Shown: piece after piece, positions 19,275 to 29,938 of the stretch
Numbering within the stretch: the stretch's first letter is position 1
How the letters are laid out: each line of letters starts with the position of its first letter
The notes under the pieces: model-generated
Told to the model about the DNA's origin: nothing
Database searches by the model: none
The model's input: only the letters and a program-made list of their open reading frames with translations
Origin: Ferruginibacter sp.
GTDB lineage: Bacteria > Bacteroidota > Bacteroidia > Chitinophagales > Chitinophagaceae
DNA length: 64,000 bases
Direction: 5' to 3'
Assembly (NCBI GenBank): GCA_046595125.1
Contig: JBKJPN010000204.1
Location: 595 to 64,594 of the forward strand
Translations under genes and position numbers: made by a program

Positions 19275-22200
19275 ATGGCGATCATTCGCACCTGCTTTGT
19301 TACGCTGGTGTTTGCGTTTTGTGCATTTTTTACAAATGCTCAAACCGTCAAATATCCTGCTTTGTCCTCCCAATTGCTTAAATCAACTGCGGCTGATGCT
19401 GCTATGTTGTTAAACAAATCTATTGCAGGTAGTCAGTTCACAGTTTCGGTTTACACAACTATGCCTCAAACCGGGGTTATTTTTGTTTATGATTCTTCCA
19501 TTACCGATTACCAGGCCTGTAAAGTTGAAAGCGATGGGGTTAATTTTATTAAATTTTCAGCTGCAGAAGATAACGGTCTTTGCTTTGGATTTTATCAATA
19601 CCTGAATGCTCTGGGATTTAAGTTTTATCAACCTGGCACAATTTGGGAAACCATTCCATCGATTGCGTCAGCCTATAAAAAACTCGACAGTGTATTTACT
19701 TTTAAATATAAATATAACGGCTGGCTTTTAAGTGGTGGACACAATCCGTGGATAATGGATTCGAATCCGGATTATGGATGGGATGTTTGTTACGGCGACA
19801 ATGGGCATAATTGGTCACTATATCAGCGCAGGAATGGAATGACGGGCGTAAGCAGGTTTCAAGGCCACCGGGGCGATTTGATGACAGGTGCCTATCTTAC
19901 CACTTTACAAAATAACCCGTGCTATGTAGCACCTTATAATAATTCAAGGGTTGCAAACGCACATTCTGTACCGGATGTAAACAATACTGCTGCAAAAGAT
20001 TTATGGGCCAATACAATTGCACAAAATTATACACAGTATACAAATAGTATTTACGGCAATACGGCACTGTATGTAAATCATTACAGGAGTATTAACTACA
20101 ATTATAAAAACATAGGTATTGAAGTACCCGATGCTGCCCAGTGGGCTAATACTACCGATAATTTGGGTTGCAGTGCTGGCGACTATAAGAGCGTAAGTGA
20201 CCAGCAATTTACGCTGGCAAATTATACGGCACAAAAAATAAATGGCATATTCCCTAGTAAAAAATTTCAGGTTTATGCCTACTCTACGCATGCCGATGTT
20301 CCATCGCCGGGTATTTCAATTAACAATAAAATCGACATACAGTTAGTTCCAGCTGTTTATCAAAATATAACCAGCACCAATGGATTAAGAAACCGATGGT
20401 ACAAGCGCACAGCAAATATTTCGGAGTACAATTATTTAAACTTATCGGCCTGGAGCGGAGAAACGCCAGCATTTAGTTTAGAAGAGTTTAAAGCAACTAC
20501 TCAAATTGCAAAAAACCAAAAAAGCCAGGGGCTTTTGTGGGAGGCTTCGCCGGCAAAATTTGCTAGTCTACCTTATTTATATGCTGCCAATAACAGCCTG
20601 CTTAATGATGTTTCAATTGATAAAACGTTGCAGGAATTTTGTAATAATATGTTTGCCGATGCAGGTAACACAGTTTATGAATTACTGAATTTTTGGACCG
20701 ACGATAAAAATATGGCCGGAGGTAGTTCTAATAAATACAAAATACCTGTTTATCTGCAGTTAATAGAAAAAGCCAATCAGCAAACAAAAGATGCACCCGA
20801 AATAGTAAAAGAAAGGCTAAGGGAATTAAAAGCCTACCTGCATTATATGATTCTTTATTTTGACTGGTCTACAGATCAAAGAGGCAATGATGCAAAGATT
20901 GATAAGGCAGCAAAATTATGTATATACCTGGCTAAAATAAACAGGATGCAACTGGTTAACAGTTATTTTCTTCTTGGTACTATAACCTGGAAATATGCAA
21001 ACAATAGTTCCTTTTTTCAGCAGTACAATATTACAAATGGCACGGTTTATCAAAATGGCAATTTGCCTTTAATTACATCAGCCGAAATTGAGAATGACTT
21101 CACAGCAGATTATCTGGCCTATAATAACATCATCAACAATACTAAATTTGAGTCGGCGCTTATTATAAAAGATAAACTGCAGACGGGTGATTTAATTCCC
21201 CAGGAAAAAATAATCGTGCAACTGAAATATACAAACGGGATAGACAACTATAACCGAGCTGTGTTTTTTATTTATGCACCCAAAGCCGGAAATTTTATTA
21301 TTGACTACACACCAACATTTGAATCGTCTGACAAAGGCTATATCAACTTCCTAGTTGAATCAGCAGACAAAGCGATGGAAATTATAGACGATGTTACATT
21401 AGACAGAAATGCAAAAGCAGGGAAATTAACTATTGCCCTGCCTGCAAACGGTACATATATGCTAACCATAATATCCAAATATCGGTCCTCGGTTGATTTG
21501 GAAATAGCTGCCAACAAGAATGTGTTTTACAAGAGCGGTGTGTTTTTTGGAAATGCTACAGAAAATTACAAAAAGGAAGATAATATGCCGGGGTACTTTT
21601 ATGTACCAGTGGGTTTAGATAAAGTGTATTTTAGTTTTGGAAATAGCAATGCAGGTGGAGCTGGGTTTAAGGATGAAACACATATGAATGCTGCATTTGC
21701 AATACAGGACAGCAAAGGAAATTTTTTAAAAGCACGATTTGTAACCCCCAGAGATTCTGCTTTGTTTTATATAGAAATACCTCAGGAATCTAGGGGTAAG
21801 TTTTGTCGCATCATTAGAAAAAACTATCAATACAGTTTGGTTTTTTCGAACATCAGTAATTATTTGTGGTATGCCCAGCCAAAACCTTTGCCTTGTGCCG
21901 ATGCTGATTTTACGATTGCGGTAGTAAACAACAATGGCATATGCACGGTTAAACTTACTGCGGTAAAAACAACAGGTGATTTTCAGTGGGAAGTAATCGA
22001 TTTGGGACGAACTACGAGTTTTACCAATCAGCGGGTTATTGAGCTGCCCGTTACCAGTTCGCCAAATGCGCAGATAACACTGGTAAACGGAAATAGCTGT
22101 AGCAATACCAAACGATTAAGGGAGGATAATCAATATGTAAGAGGAATGCAGGCCTGTGCCGCAGGTGCCCCTTTACCGCAAACTGCCGACGCCACAATAA

Positions 22201-22424
22201 TTCCTGCATTGTATCCTAATCCATCAACAGGTACCTATTTGTGTTTACAAAAAGGGGTGGTTTTGCAGGCCGATAAAATTATAATTGTGAATTTAAATGG
22301 AGCCTTTTTGGCAAGTTTCAACAAAGTGAGTCAGTTTAATATTGGTCATTTGCCGGCAGGTATCTATCGCTATAGAATTCAAGTAAAAGAAGAGGTTTTT
22401 AACGGGAAACTGGTAAAGCTGTAA
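19275..22424 (+). CDS. Large T9SS cargo (type A CTD) with DUF4838-like / glycoside-hydrolase-like N-region
   Basis: Signal peptide; GLCFGFYQYL..GFKFYQPG, VYAYSTHADVP; C-terminal LYPNPSTG..LPAGIYRYRI..KLVKL. Confidence 0.65.
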   Translation: MAIIRTCFVTLVFAFCAFFTNAQTVKYPALSSQLLKSTAADAAMLLNKSIAGSQFTVSVYTTMPQTGVIFVYDSSITDYQACKVESDGVNFIKFSAAEDNGLCFGFYQYLNALGFKFYQPGTIWETIPSIASAYKKLDSVFTFKYKYNGWLLSGGHNPWIMDSNPDYGWDVCYGDNGHNWSLYQRRNGMTGVSRFQGHRGDLMTGAYLTTLQNNPCYVAPYNNSRVANAHSVPDVNNTAAKDLWANTIAQNYTQYTNSIYGNTALYVNHYRSINYNYKNIGIEVPDAAQWANTTDNLGCSAGDYKSVSDQQFTLANYTAQKINGIFPSKKFQVYAYSTHADVPSPGISINNKIDIQLVPAVYQNITSTNGLRNRWYKRTANISEYNYLNLSAWSGETPAFSLEEFKATTQIAKNQKSQGLLWEASPAKFASLPYLYAANNSLLNDVSIDKTLQEFCNNMFADAGNTVYELLNFWTDDKNMAGGSSNKYKIPVYLQLIEKANQQTKDAPEIVKERLRELKAYLHYMILYFDWSTDQRGNDAKIDKAAKLCIYLAKINRMQLVNSYFLLGTITWKYANNSSFFQQYNITNGTVYQNGNLPLITSAEIENDFTADYLAYNNIINNTKFESALIIKDKLQTGDLIPQEKIIVQLKYTNGIDNYNRAVFFIYAPKAGNFIIDYTPTFESSDKGYINFLVESADKAMEIIDDVTLDRNAKAGKLTIALPANGTYMLTIISKYRSSVDLEIAANKNVFYKSGVFFGNATENYKKEDNMPGYFYVPVGLDKVYFSFGNSNAGGAGFKDETHMNAAFAIQDSKGNFLKARFVTPRDSALFYIEIPQESRGKFCRIIRKNYQYSLVFSNISNYLWYAQPKPLPCADADFTIAVVNNNGICTVKLTAVKTTGDFQWEVIDLGRTTSFTNQRVIELPVTSSPNAQITLVNGNSCSNTKRLREDNQYVRGMQACAAGAPLPQTADATIIPALYPNPSTGTYLCLQKGVVLQADKIIIVNLNGAFLASFNKVSQFNIGHLPAGIYRYRIQVKEEVFNGKLVKL

Positions 22425-22517
22425 GCTTTTGTAGTAAAAGCTATATTCCAACTAAAATTTGTTACTTTTGCCCCCCAAAGTCAGGCCCTGTGCCTGACTA
22501 CTCATTTTTAGCGTTTT

Positions 22518-23276
22518 ATGAGCTTAACACACAAAATTGATATGACTAGGCTACCCAGCCACATTGCCATAATTATGGATGGCAACGGCAGGTGGGCAAA
22601 AGAAAAAGGCGAAGACAGGCTCTACGGTCATTTGCATGGGGTGGAAAGCGTTAGAAATATTGTTGAAGGGGCTGCTGAACTAGGGATTAAATATTTAACC
22701 TTGTATGCATTTAGTACCGAAAACTGGGACCGACCTAAGTATGAAGTGTCGGGTTTGATGGAATTACTGGTAGATACCATTAAAAATGAGGTTCCTGTTC
22801 TTAATAAGAATAACATCAAACTGCATGTTATTGGAGATACAGATATGCTGCCCGAAGCTGCAAATCATGAATTGAATGAGGCGCTAAATGAAACTTCCAA
22901 AAATACTGGACTTAATCTGATTATGGCCCTCAGTTACAGCAGTAGATGGGAGATAGCCAATGCAGTTAAGCAAATAGCACGGGATGTTGAGGATAAGCAG
23001 TTGAAGGCAGACGATATTAACCAGGAAACTATTAAGCAATATCTTACAACTAAAGCTTTTCCAGATCCAGAGTTAATGATAAGAACTAGTGGTGAATACC
23101 GTATCAGCAATTTTTTACTATACCAGCTGGCCTACGCCGAGCTGCATTTTACCAATACGCTTTGGCCCGATTTCAGAAAAGAAAATCTGGCAGAAGCCAT
23201 AGTTGATTATCAAAGTAGAGAAAGGCGTTTCGGAAAAACTGGGGAGCAGGTAAAAAAGGAAGATAATTTAAGTTGA
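22518..23276 (+). CDS. uppS: Isoprenyl transferase (undecaprenyl diphosphate synthase)
   Basis: HIAIIMDGNGRWA, YAFSTENW, IRTSGEYRISNFLL. Confidence 0.96.
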   Translation: MSLTHKIDMTRLPSHIAIIMDGNGRWAKEKGEDRLYGHLHGVESVRNIVEGAAELGIKYLTLYAFSTENWDRPKYEVSGLMELLVDTIKNEVPVLNKNNIKLHVIGDTDMLPEAANHELNEALNETSKNTGLNLIMALSYSSRWEIANAVKQIARDVEDKQLKADDINQETIKQYLTTKAFPDPELMIRTSGEYRISNFLLYQLAYAELHFTNTLWPDFRKENLAEAIVDYQSRERRFGKTGEQVKKEDNLS

Positions 23277-23394
23277 AAAACATAAATAATTAATAATGAA
23301 CGACCTTTTCGGACTATATACACATGATTTAGGATGAGGTTAACAAATAGTTTTAATTAATGGGCTTAATTTGCCGCTCGAAAAATACTAATTG

Positions 23395-26112
23395 ATGCAG
23401 AGGATTTACAAAGGAATTTTTATTGTGGTTACCCTATTATTTTGCAACCAGCTTGTAATGGCACAGGTTTCGGTTGACCCTGCATTACAGGCAATATTCG
23501 AGTCCAGAATACCCAAAGAATATACCATTGCCGGCATACATGTATCCGGTTCAAAAGCTTTCGATGGCAATTTAATAATATCCATATCCGGCATAGCCGT
23601 TGGCGATAAGGTGATGATACCTGGTACCGATGTATTTGGTAAAGCTATAGCCAAATTATGGCGGCAAAGTCTTATTTCGGATATTGAAATATCAATAACC
23701 CGTTTAGAAGGTAGTAATATTTATCTGGAGTATGCCATAACTGAGAGACCCAGATTGGCCAGTTTTAAAATTGTAGGAATTAAAAAAGGAGAAAGAGACG
23801 ATCTGGAACCCAAATTGGGTCTTTCAAAAGACCGTGTGTTAACAGAAAATATGAAATTGAGCGCTGTGGAAGCCATCCGTAAGTTTTATTATGGTAAAGC
23901 TTATCGTAACGTGGAAATAGATTTGAAGGAAGAGAATGTAACAACAATGGCCAATGCAGTTTCATTAACTTTCTATATAAAAAAGGGCGGCAAAGTAAGA
24001 GTTAACTCAATCAACTTCAGCGGCAACCAAAGTCTGGAATCTCAAAGGTTAAAAAAACAAATGAAGAATACGAAGGAAATGAACCGTATCACTTTATTTC
24101 CAATTGAGGTTAAAAATCCCTTTGGAGATACCGCTTCAAGGCCATCTTTTAAAAGCTATATAAGTGATGTAGGCTTTATGTCGATCACCAAAACCCGTGA
24201 CTATGTTGATCCTTATTTTAGAATACGGGGTTTTAGCGGCGCTAAATTTAACGAAGTAAAATATACAGACGATAAGGAAAGTGTTTTAAATTATTACAAT
24301 TCCAGAGGCTATCGTGATGCTTCAATATTGGGCGACACTGCCATCTTGGACGAACGCAATAACCTTAATCTGTTTATAAAAGTAAGCGAAGGCCGCCAGT
24401 ACTATTTTGGCGATATTGTTTGGCGTGGAAACACCAAGTACACCGATTCTGTGCTAAATACAATACTCGGTATTAAAAAAGGCGATGTGTATAATTTAGA
24501 CATCCTCAACAAAAAACTGGGCAAACAATTATCGGCAGAGGGTCTGGATGTTGGAAGTTTGTATATGGATGATGGGTATCTTTTCTTTCAGGTAGACCCA
24601 GTTGAAACAGCGGTTTATAATGATACCATTGACTTTGAATTAAGGATGAGGGAAGGTCCGCAGGCTACCTATGGCAATATTACTATTTCGGGAAATCAGA
24701 AAACAAAAGATTATGTAATTCGCCGTGAACTTAGAACCATACCCGGAGAGAAGTTCAGCCGACAGGATATCATTCGTACGCAAAGAGAGCTGGGGCAGCT
24801 GGGATTTATTGATGCAGAAAAGATTAACCCACAGGTTGTTCCTAATGCCGAAAAAGGAACCGTTGATATTAATTGGGGTATCGAGGAAAAATCAGGCGAT
24901 CAGCTGGAGCTGTCGGCAGGCTTTGGCGGCGGTATTGGCTTAACTGGAACACTGGGTGTAACCTTTAATAATTTCTCAATAAAAAATATTACAAAACGCT
25001 CTACTTGGGATCCATTGCCGGCCGGCGACGGGCAAAAGCTGAGCGCAAGGATACAATCAAACGGTAAAGCTTTCCGGTCGTATAATTTTTCGTTTACTGA
25101 GCCATGGCTGGGCGGTAAAAAACGTAATTCATTTACAGTAGCTTATTCCAACACAAGGTATTCAAATGCATACGATGCTATTGGGCAATATTGTAAAAGC
25201 TGTGCCGATACATCCTATGTAAAAACTGCAAACATCTCCATATCGCTTGGTAAGCAGCTAAAATGGCCTGATGATTATTTCAATTTAATTTATTCGTTCA
25301 ACATACAACGGTATAAACTGCGTAATTATAACCTTTTTGGCAGTACAGAAGAATTGCGAAATATTACGTCAACTAACATTAGTTTAAAACTAGCTTTAGT
25401 ACGTAACTCAGCCGGGCCAAATCCAATTTTCCCTACCAGTGGTTCAAACTTTTATTTAAGCGGACAGTTTACGCTTCCATACTCTTTATTGGGCATTACG
25501 TCAGCCTCTACCAATAGTTATAAACTGCCCGAATTTCATAAATGGCGTATGAATGCCGAATGGTATGTACCTATAGGAATGGCGCGGGGAGCGGATAATA
25601 ATAAACAATTTGTTTTGAAAATAGCGGCTAAATACGGATTCATAGGCAGGTATAATAATAATTTAGCTATTTCGCCATTTGAGCGTTTTCAGGTGGGCGA
25701 TGCCGGTTTAAGTAACAACTTTGCCTTATTGGGTTACGATATTATTGCACATCGGGGATACCCGGTTTATGATAATTCGAATCCAAAAATTAACCCTGAT
25801 GGTATTACCCCATCGCAATTTTTTACTATTTTTAATAAGTACACAACAGAATTGCGTTATCCTTTCAGCACCAGTGCCGGCAGTACCATTTACGGGTTGG
25901 CATTTTTTGAAGCTGCAAACGGTTGGTACGACTTTAAAAGTTATAATCCATTTAAGCTCAGAAGATCTGCCGGTATTGGCTTGCGGTTTTTCCTGCCCAT
26001 GTTTGGTTTGCTAGGCTTTGATTACGGCGTTGGTTTTGACAGGTATAATAATACAAGCGGATTAAAAGGAGCAGCCAAGTTTACATTTATGTTAGGGCAG
26101 GAGCCAGAATAA
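23395..26112 (+). CDS. bamA: Outer membrane protein assembly factor BamA
   Basis: POTRA repeats, VIRRELR, ERFQVG..GY motif, RSAGIGLRFFLPMFGLLGFDYG; uppS-bamA-skp synteny. Confidence 0.93.
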   Translation: MQRIYKGIFIVVTLLFCNQLVMAQVSVDPALQAIFESRIPKEYTIAGIHVSGSKAFDGNLIISISGIAVGDKVMIPGTDVFGKAIAKLWRQSLISDIEISITRLEGSNIYLEYAITERPRLASFKIVGIKKGERDDLEPKLGLSKDRVLTENMKLSAVEAIRKFYYGKAYRNVEIDLKEENVTTMANAVSLTFYIKKGGKVRVNSINFSGNQSLESQRLKKQMKNTKEMNRITLFPIEVKNPFGDTASRPSFKSYISDVGFMSITKTRDYVDPYFRIRGFSGAKFNEVKYTDDKESVLNYYNSRGYRDASILGDTAILDERNNLNLFIKVSEGRQYYFGDIVWRGNTKYTDSVLNTILGIKKGDVYNLDILNKKLGKQLSAEGLDVGSLYMDDGYLFFQVDPVETAVYNDTIDFELRMREGPQATYGNITISGNQKTKDYVIRRELRTIPGEKFSRQDIIRTQRELGQLGFIDAEKINPQVVPNAEKGTVDINWGIEEKSGDQLELSAGFGGGIGLTGTLGVTFNNFSIKNITKRSTWDPLPAGDGQKLSARIQSNGKAFRSYNFSFTEPWLGGKKRNSFTVAYSNTRYSNAYDAIGQYCKSCADTSYVKTANISISLGKQLKWPDDYFNLIYSFNIQRYKLRNYNLFGSTEELRNITSTNISLKLALVRNSAGPNPIFPTSGSNFYLSGQFTLPYSLLGITSASTNSYKLPEFHKWRMNAEWYVPIGMARGADNNKQFVLKIAAKYGFIGRYNNNLAISPFERFQVGDAGLSNNFALLGYDIIAHRGYPVYDNSNPKINPDGITPSQFFTIFNKYTTELRYPFSTSAGSTIYGLAFFEAANGWYDFKSYNPFKLRRSAGIGLRFFLPMFGLLGFDYGVGFDRYNNTSGLKGAAKFTFMLGQEPE

Positions 26113-26153
26113 ATAAATATTTAGTTGATCAGTTTATAAGTAAATACACTTTT

Positions 26154-26684
26154 ATGAAAAAGACACTTAATATCTTCCGCGTACTCTGCATTGCTTGTTT
26201 TTTATTGCTAATTGCCCATTCAACATCGGCACAACGTTATGCCGTTATTGATTCAAAATATATTCTGGATAAAATGCCGGAATACTCCGAGGCTCAAAAG
26301 TTGCTCGATCAGTTTAGTGTACAATGGCAACAAGAGGTAGATCAAAAGCAGGCGCTAATGGATAAAATGTACAAAGATTATGAAGCAGAACAAGTAATGC
26401 TCACCGATGCACTTAAAAAGAAAAGAGAAGACGAATTATATAATAAAGAGAAAGAATTACGTGACTTACAGAAAAAGCGCTTTGGTTTTGAAGGCGACCT
26501 GTTTAAAAAAAGGCAGGAACTTATAAAACCTATACAGGATAAGGTTTATAACGCAATACAAAAACTGGCAACCGAAAAACAATATGACTTTATTTTAGAC
26601 AAAAGTGAAGGAATTACCGTTATCTTTGCCGACCCAAAACTGGATAAGAGTGCAGATGTGCTCAGAAATTTGGGTGTTAAATAA
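26154..26684 (+). CDS. skp: OmpH/Skp periplasmic chaperone
   Basis: Signal peptide, YAVIDSKYIL, coiled coil, YDFILDK. Confidence 0.9.
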   Translation: MKKTLNIFRVLCIACFLLLIAHSTSAQRYAVIDSKYILDKMPEYSEAQKLLDQFSVQWQQEVDQKQALMDKMYKDYEAEQVMLTDALKKKREDELYNKEKELRDLQKKRFGFEGDLFKKRQELIKPIQDKVYNAIQKLATEKQYDFILDKSEGITVIFADPKLDKSADVLRNLGVK

Positions 26685-26775
26685 AATACAACAGCATTAA
26701 TTTGGTGTGATTATTGAATTAATAAAAACATCTTAGATAATAAACAAACACAATTAATTAAATAGAAAAACAAAA

Positions 26776-27303
26776 ATGAAAAAATTATTTTTAGTAGCTG
26801 TAATGGCAGTTGGAATGTTAGGTGCATCGGCACAGGTAAAAATCGGTTATATTAATACTGATGAATTAATGGCAATGATGCCTGAGGCGGCTAAAATTCA
26901 GGCTGACCTGAATGAATACCAAACCAACTTGCAACAGCAGGCGATAACGCTGCAGAGTGAAGCGGATAAAAAGCGAGATCAATACTATAAAGATTCGCTT
27001 ACCTTTTCTGCAACTAAAAAAGAAATTGTTGTAGGTGAATTGGTAAAATTATATTCTCGTCTGCAAAACTACGATCAGGAAGCGCAACAAAAAGCAAACG
27101 ATTATGCTCAAACAAAAATTGCTCCGGTTCGTAAAAGAGCGTTGGATGCTATTAGTTTAGTAGCTAAAGAAAAAGGCTATACTTATGTAATTGACGACGC
27201 TCAGGGAAGTCTTTTGGTAATGCCTCCCGGCGATGATTTATTGCCAGCAGTTAAAACAAAATTGGGTATTAAAGACCCGGCTCCAACACCAGCGGGTAAA
27301 TAA
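26776..27303 (+). CDS. skp: OmpH/Skp periplasmic chaperone, second paralog
   Basis: KIGYINTDEL, KEKGYTYVID. Confidence 0.88.
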   Translation: MKKLFLVAVMAVGMLGASAQVKIGYINTDELMAMMPEAAKIQADLNEYQTNLQQQAITLQSEADKKRDQYYKDSLTFSATKKEIVVGELVKLYSRLQNYDQEAQQKANDYAQTKIAPVRKRALDAISLVAKEKGYTYVIDDAQGSLLVMPPGDDLLPAVKTKLGIKDPAPTPAGK

Positions 27304-27323
27304 TTATAAATTAATAAATTTTG

Positions 27324-27360
27324 ACAAAGCCTCCTTTAATTGGGAGGCTTTGTTATTTTT
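27324..27360 (+). terminator. Intrinsic terminator after skp2
   Basis: ACAAAGCCTCC / GGAGGCTTTGT stem then T-rich tail. Confidence 0.75.
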
Positions 27361-27365
27361 GACAG

Positions 27366-28187
27366 ATGAAACAACAGCCAATAGGCGTATTCGACAGCGG
27401 TTATGGTGGATTAACTGTTTTAAAGGAAATAACAGCTAAGCTGCCGCAGTACGATTATATATACCTAGGGGATAATGCCCGGTCGCCATACGGAACCCGC
27501 AGCTTTGAAACGGTGTACGAGTATACACTGGAATGTGTAAATTGGTTTTTTGAACAAGGGTGTAGTCTTGTGATACTGGCCTGCAATACAGCTTCTGCAA
27601 AAGCACTGCGGTCTATACAGCAGAATGATTTGGCAAAAGTAGATACTTCAAAAAGAGTGTTAGGAGTTATTCGACCTACAACAGAAATTATAGGGCAGTT
27701 TACTAAAACAGGTGATGTAGGGATATTGGCAACCAATGGAACAGTTATTTCTGGCTCTTATCCAATTGAAATACAGAAATTCTATCCGCAACTCAATGTT
27801 TACCAGGAAGCTTGCCCTATGTGGGTTCCGTTGGTTGAAAACAATGAATACAATAGCTCCGGTGCCGATTATTTTATTGAGAAGAATATCAATAATCTGT
27901 TGCAACAATCGCCACAGATAGATACTATTTTGCTGGCATGCACCCACTATCCTTTGTTAATAGATAAGATAAAAAAGGCGGTTCCGGCCGGAGTAACTGT
28001 TTTGTCTCAGGGAGACATAGTTGCAAAAAGTTTAAGTGTATACCTGAAAAATCATCCCGAAATGGACGAAAAATGTAGCAAAAACGGCCAAATCAGTTTT
28101 TATACTACCGATTCAACCGAAGATTTTGATAACCATGCTGCCATTTTTTACGGAAAGCCCGTTAAATCAACACATTTGACGCTTTAA
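27366..28187 (+). CDS. murI: Glutamate racemase
   Basis: IGVFDSGYGGLTV, LACNTAS, LACTHYP. Confidence 0.96.
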   Translation: MKQQPIGVFDSGYGGLTVLKEITAKLPQYDYIYLGDNARSPYGTRSFETVYEYTLECVNWFFEQGCSLVILACNTASAKALRSIQQNDLAKVDTSKRVLGVIRPTTEIIGQFTKTGDVGILATNGTVISGSYPIEIQKFYPQLNVYQEACPMWVPLVENNEYNSSGADYFIEKNINNLLQQSPQIDTILLACTHYPLLIDKIKKAVPAGVTVLSQGDIVAKSLSVYLKNHPEMDEKCSKNGQISFYTTDSTEDFDNHAAIFYGKPVKSTHLTL

Positions 28188-28332
28188 ATGTAAAAAACAC
28201 CAAATTCCTAATCCCCAATTCCTATTTTCCCCTTACCTTTGCCGTCCTTTCACAAACAGCAGGGATGGTGCCTTGTTGAGTGTAACAAAAATGAATTCAG
28301 AAATTAATTTGTAAAAGGAAAAATAATTAACA

Positions 28333-28500
28333 ATGCCAGGTAAAAAAAGAACCTATCAACCGCACAAGCGCCGCAGAAAATCAGTACATGGTTTTCGTCA
28401 ACGTATGCAAACAGCTAATGGCCGTAAGGTGTTAGCCAGCCGCAGAAAAAAAGGACGTCATAAATTGACTGTATCAAGCGAGCACGGAGATAAAAAATAA
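28333..28500 (+). CDS. rpmH: 50S ribosomal protein L34 (55 aa; absent from the ORF track)
   Basis: Manual translation [55 protein letters not shown]; TACCTTTG promoter at 28234-28241. Confidence 0.96.
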   Translation: MPGKKRTYQPHKRRRKSVHGFRQRMQTANGRKVLASRRKKGRHKLTVSSEHGDKK

Positions 28501-28542
28501 GATTAACTGATTCCTACAACGGAAATTCAGTCAAAATAATTC

Positions 28543-28570
28543 AGTCCCCCGATTTGTCGGGGGACTTTTT
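28543..28570 (+). terminator. Hairpin/terminator between rpmH and rnpA
   Basis: AGTCCCCCGA-TTTG-TCGGGGGACT then TTTT. Confidence 0.7.
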
Positions 28571-28583
28571 TAATTTTAAGGAA

Positions 28584-28982
28584 TTGGAGCCCAAACAACG
28601 ATATACATATAAAAAGGAAGAGAAGCTTAAAAGCCGCAAAACAATTGAGCAATTGTTTCAGGAGGGCAAGTCATTTTCTAATTTTCCCTTTAGGATATTG
28701 TGGTTGATTAATGAACGTGCAACTGTTCCGCTGCAAACGGGTTTTGCTGTTAGCAGCAAGCATTTTAAAAAAGCTATTGACCGCAATAGAATCAAACGGT
28801 TAATGAGAGAAGCGTATCGCTTACAAAAAAAAGACCTACAACTCTTATTAAAGCAAAACAATAAACAGCTTGCAGTATTTTTTATTTATGTGGGTAATGA
28901 ATTACCCGAGTATGATTTTATTTTTGAAAAAACAGGGAATGTTTTTAAGCGCTTATTAAAAGTTTGCCATGAAAACAATTAG
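28584..28982 (+). CDS. rnpA: Ribonuclease P protein component (probable TTG start)
   Basis: [43 protein letters not shown] motif; rpmH-rnpA-yidD order. Confidence 0.9.
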   Translation: MEPKQRYTYKKEEKLKSRKTIEQLFQEGKSFSNFPFRILWLINERATVPLQTGFAVSSKHFKKAIDRNRIKRLMREAYRLQKKDLQLLLKQNNKQLAVFFIYVGNELPEYDFIFEKTGNVFKRLLKVCHENN

Positions 28983-29199
28983 ACAAATACTCAGCTTTCC
29001 TTTTATTGCTTTGATAAAGCTCTACCAGTGGATTATATCGCCTTGGCTGGGCCCAAAGTGTCGCTATACACCCACCTGCTCTAATTATGGTATAGAAGCT
29101 TTTAGAAAACATGGCCCCATAAAAGGTTTTTGGTTAACCTTTAAACGGGTGAGTAAATGCCATCCTTGGGGAGGACACGGGTACGACCCTGTTCCATAA
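28969..29199 (+). CDS. yidD: Membrane protein insertion efficiency factor YidD
   Basis: [27 protein letters not shown]. Confidence 0.95.
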   Translation: MKTIRQILSFPFIALIKLYQWIISPWLGPKCRYTPTCSNYGIEAFRKHGPIKGFWLTFKRVSKCHPWGGHGYDPVP

Positions 29200-29238
29200 A
29201 AAAAGAAGTCAAGTTTTTAAAACTTGACTTCTTTTTTT
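29198..29238. terminator. Bidirectional terminator yidD/sod
   Basis: AAAAAAAGAAGTCAAGTTTT / AAAACTTGACTTCTTTTTTT perfect inverted repeat. Confidence 0.88.
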
Positions 29239-29258
29239 ATGGATCTTTCTTTAAATAA

Positions 29259-29852
29259 TTAAAACCTTTCTGCCACCTTGTCCCAATTAACCACATTCCA
29301 AAATGCAGCCAAATAATCGGCTCTGCGGTTTTGATAATGCAGATAATAAGCATGTTCCCAAACATCACATCCAAGTAATGGTGTTCCTTTTACTTCTGCA
29401 ACATCCATCAATGGATTATCTTGATTGGGTGTAGATGAAACTTCCAACTTGCCGTCTTTAACAATCAGCCATGCCCAACCACTTCCAAATCTTGTCATGC
29501 CTGCTGCTGCAAATTTTTCTTTAAATGCATCCAAAGAGCCAAATGCGCTGTTGATTGCATCAGCTAATTTTCCTGTTAGGGCTCCACCTGCATTAGGCGC
29601 AAGGCTTTCCCAAAAGAAACTATGGTTCCAATGGCCGCCCCCATTGTTGCGTACCGCAGGGCTGATGCTACCAGCTGCAGCTACCAATTCTTCAATGCTT
29701 TTATTTTCATTGTTGGTGCCTGCAACGGCTTTGTTTAAATTATCTACATATGCCTGGTGATGCTTGCCATGGTGTATTTCCATAGTTTTTGTGTCGATAT
29801 GTGGCTCTAGTGCGTTGTGTGCAAAAGGTAAAGCCGGTAGTGTAAATGCCAT
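29259..29852 (-). CDS. sodA: Superoxide dismutase, Mn-type signature
   Basis: [28 protein letters not shown]. Confidence 0.9.
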   Translation of the reverse strand: MAFTLPALPFAHNALEPHIDTKTMEIHHGKHHQAYVDNLNKAVAGTNNENKSIEELVAAAGSISPAVRNNGGGHWNHSFFWESLAPNAGGALTGKLADAINSAFGSLDAFKEKFAAAGMTRFGSGWAWLIVKDGKLEVSSTPNQDNPLMDVAEVKGTPLLGCDVWEHAYYLHYQNRRADYLAAFWNVVNWDKVAERF

Positions 29853-29938
29853 AATGTATCTATTTTATTTTTAAGAAATTGTTGTGAAATGTATACGTAC
29901 AAATTTACGTTATCTATTTCCTTATCAGATATAATATA

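Noticed and set aside
26154-27303. Tandem skp duplication
   Set aside because: It is the usual arrangement after bamA in Bacteroidota.
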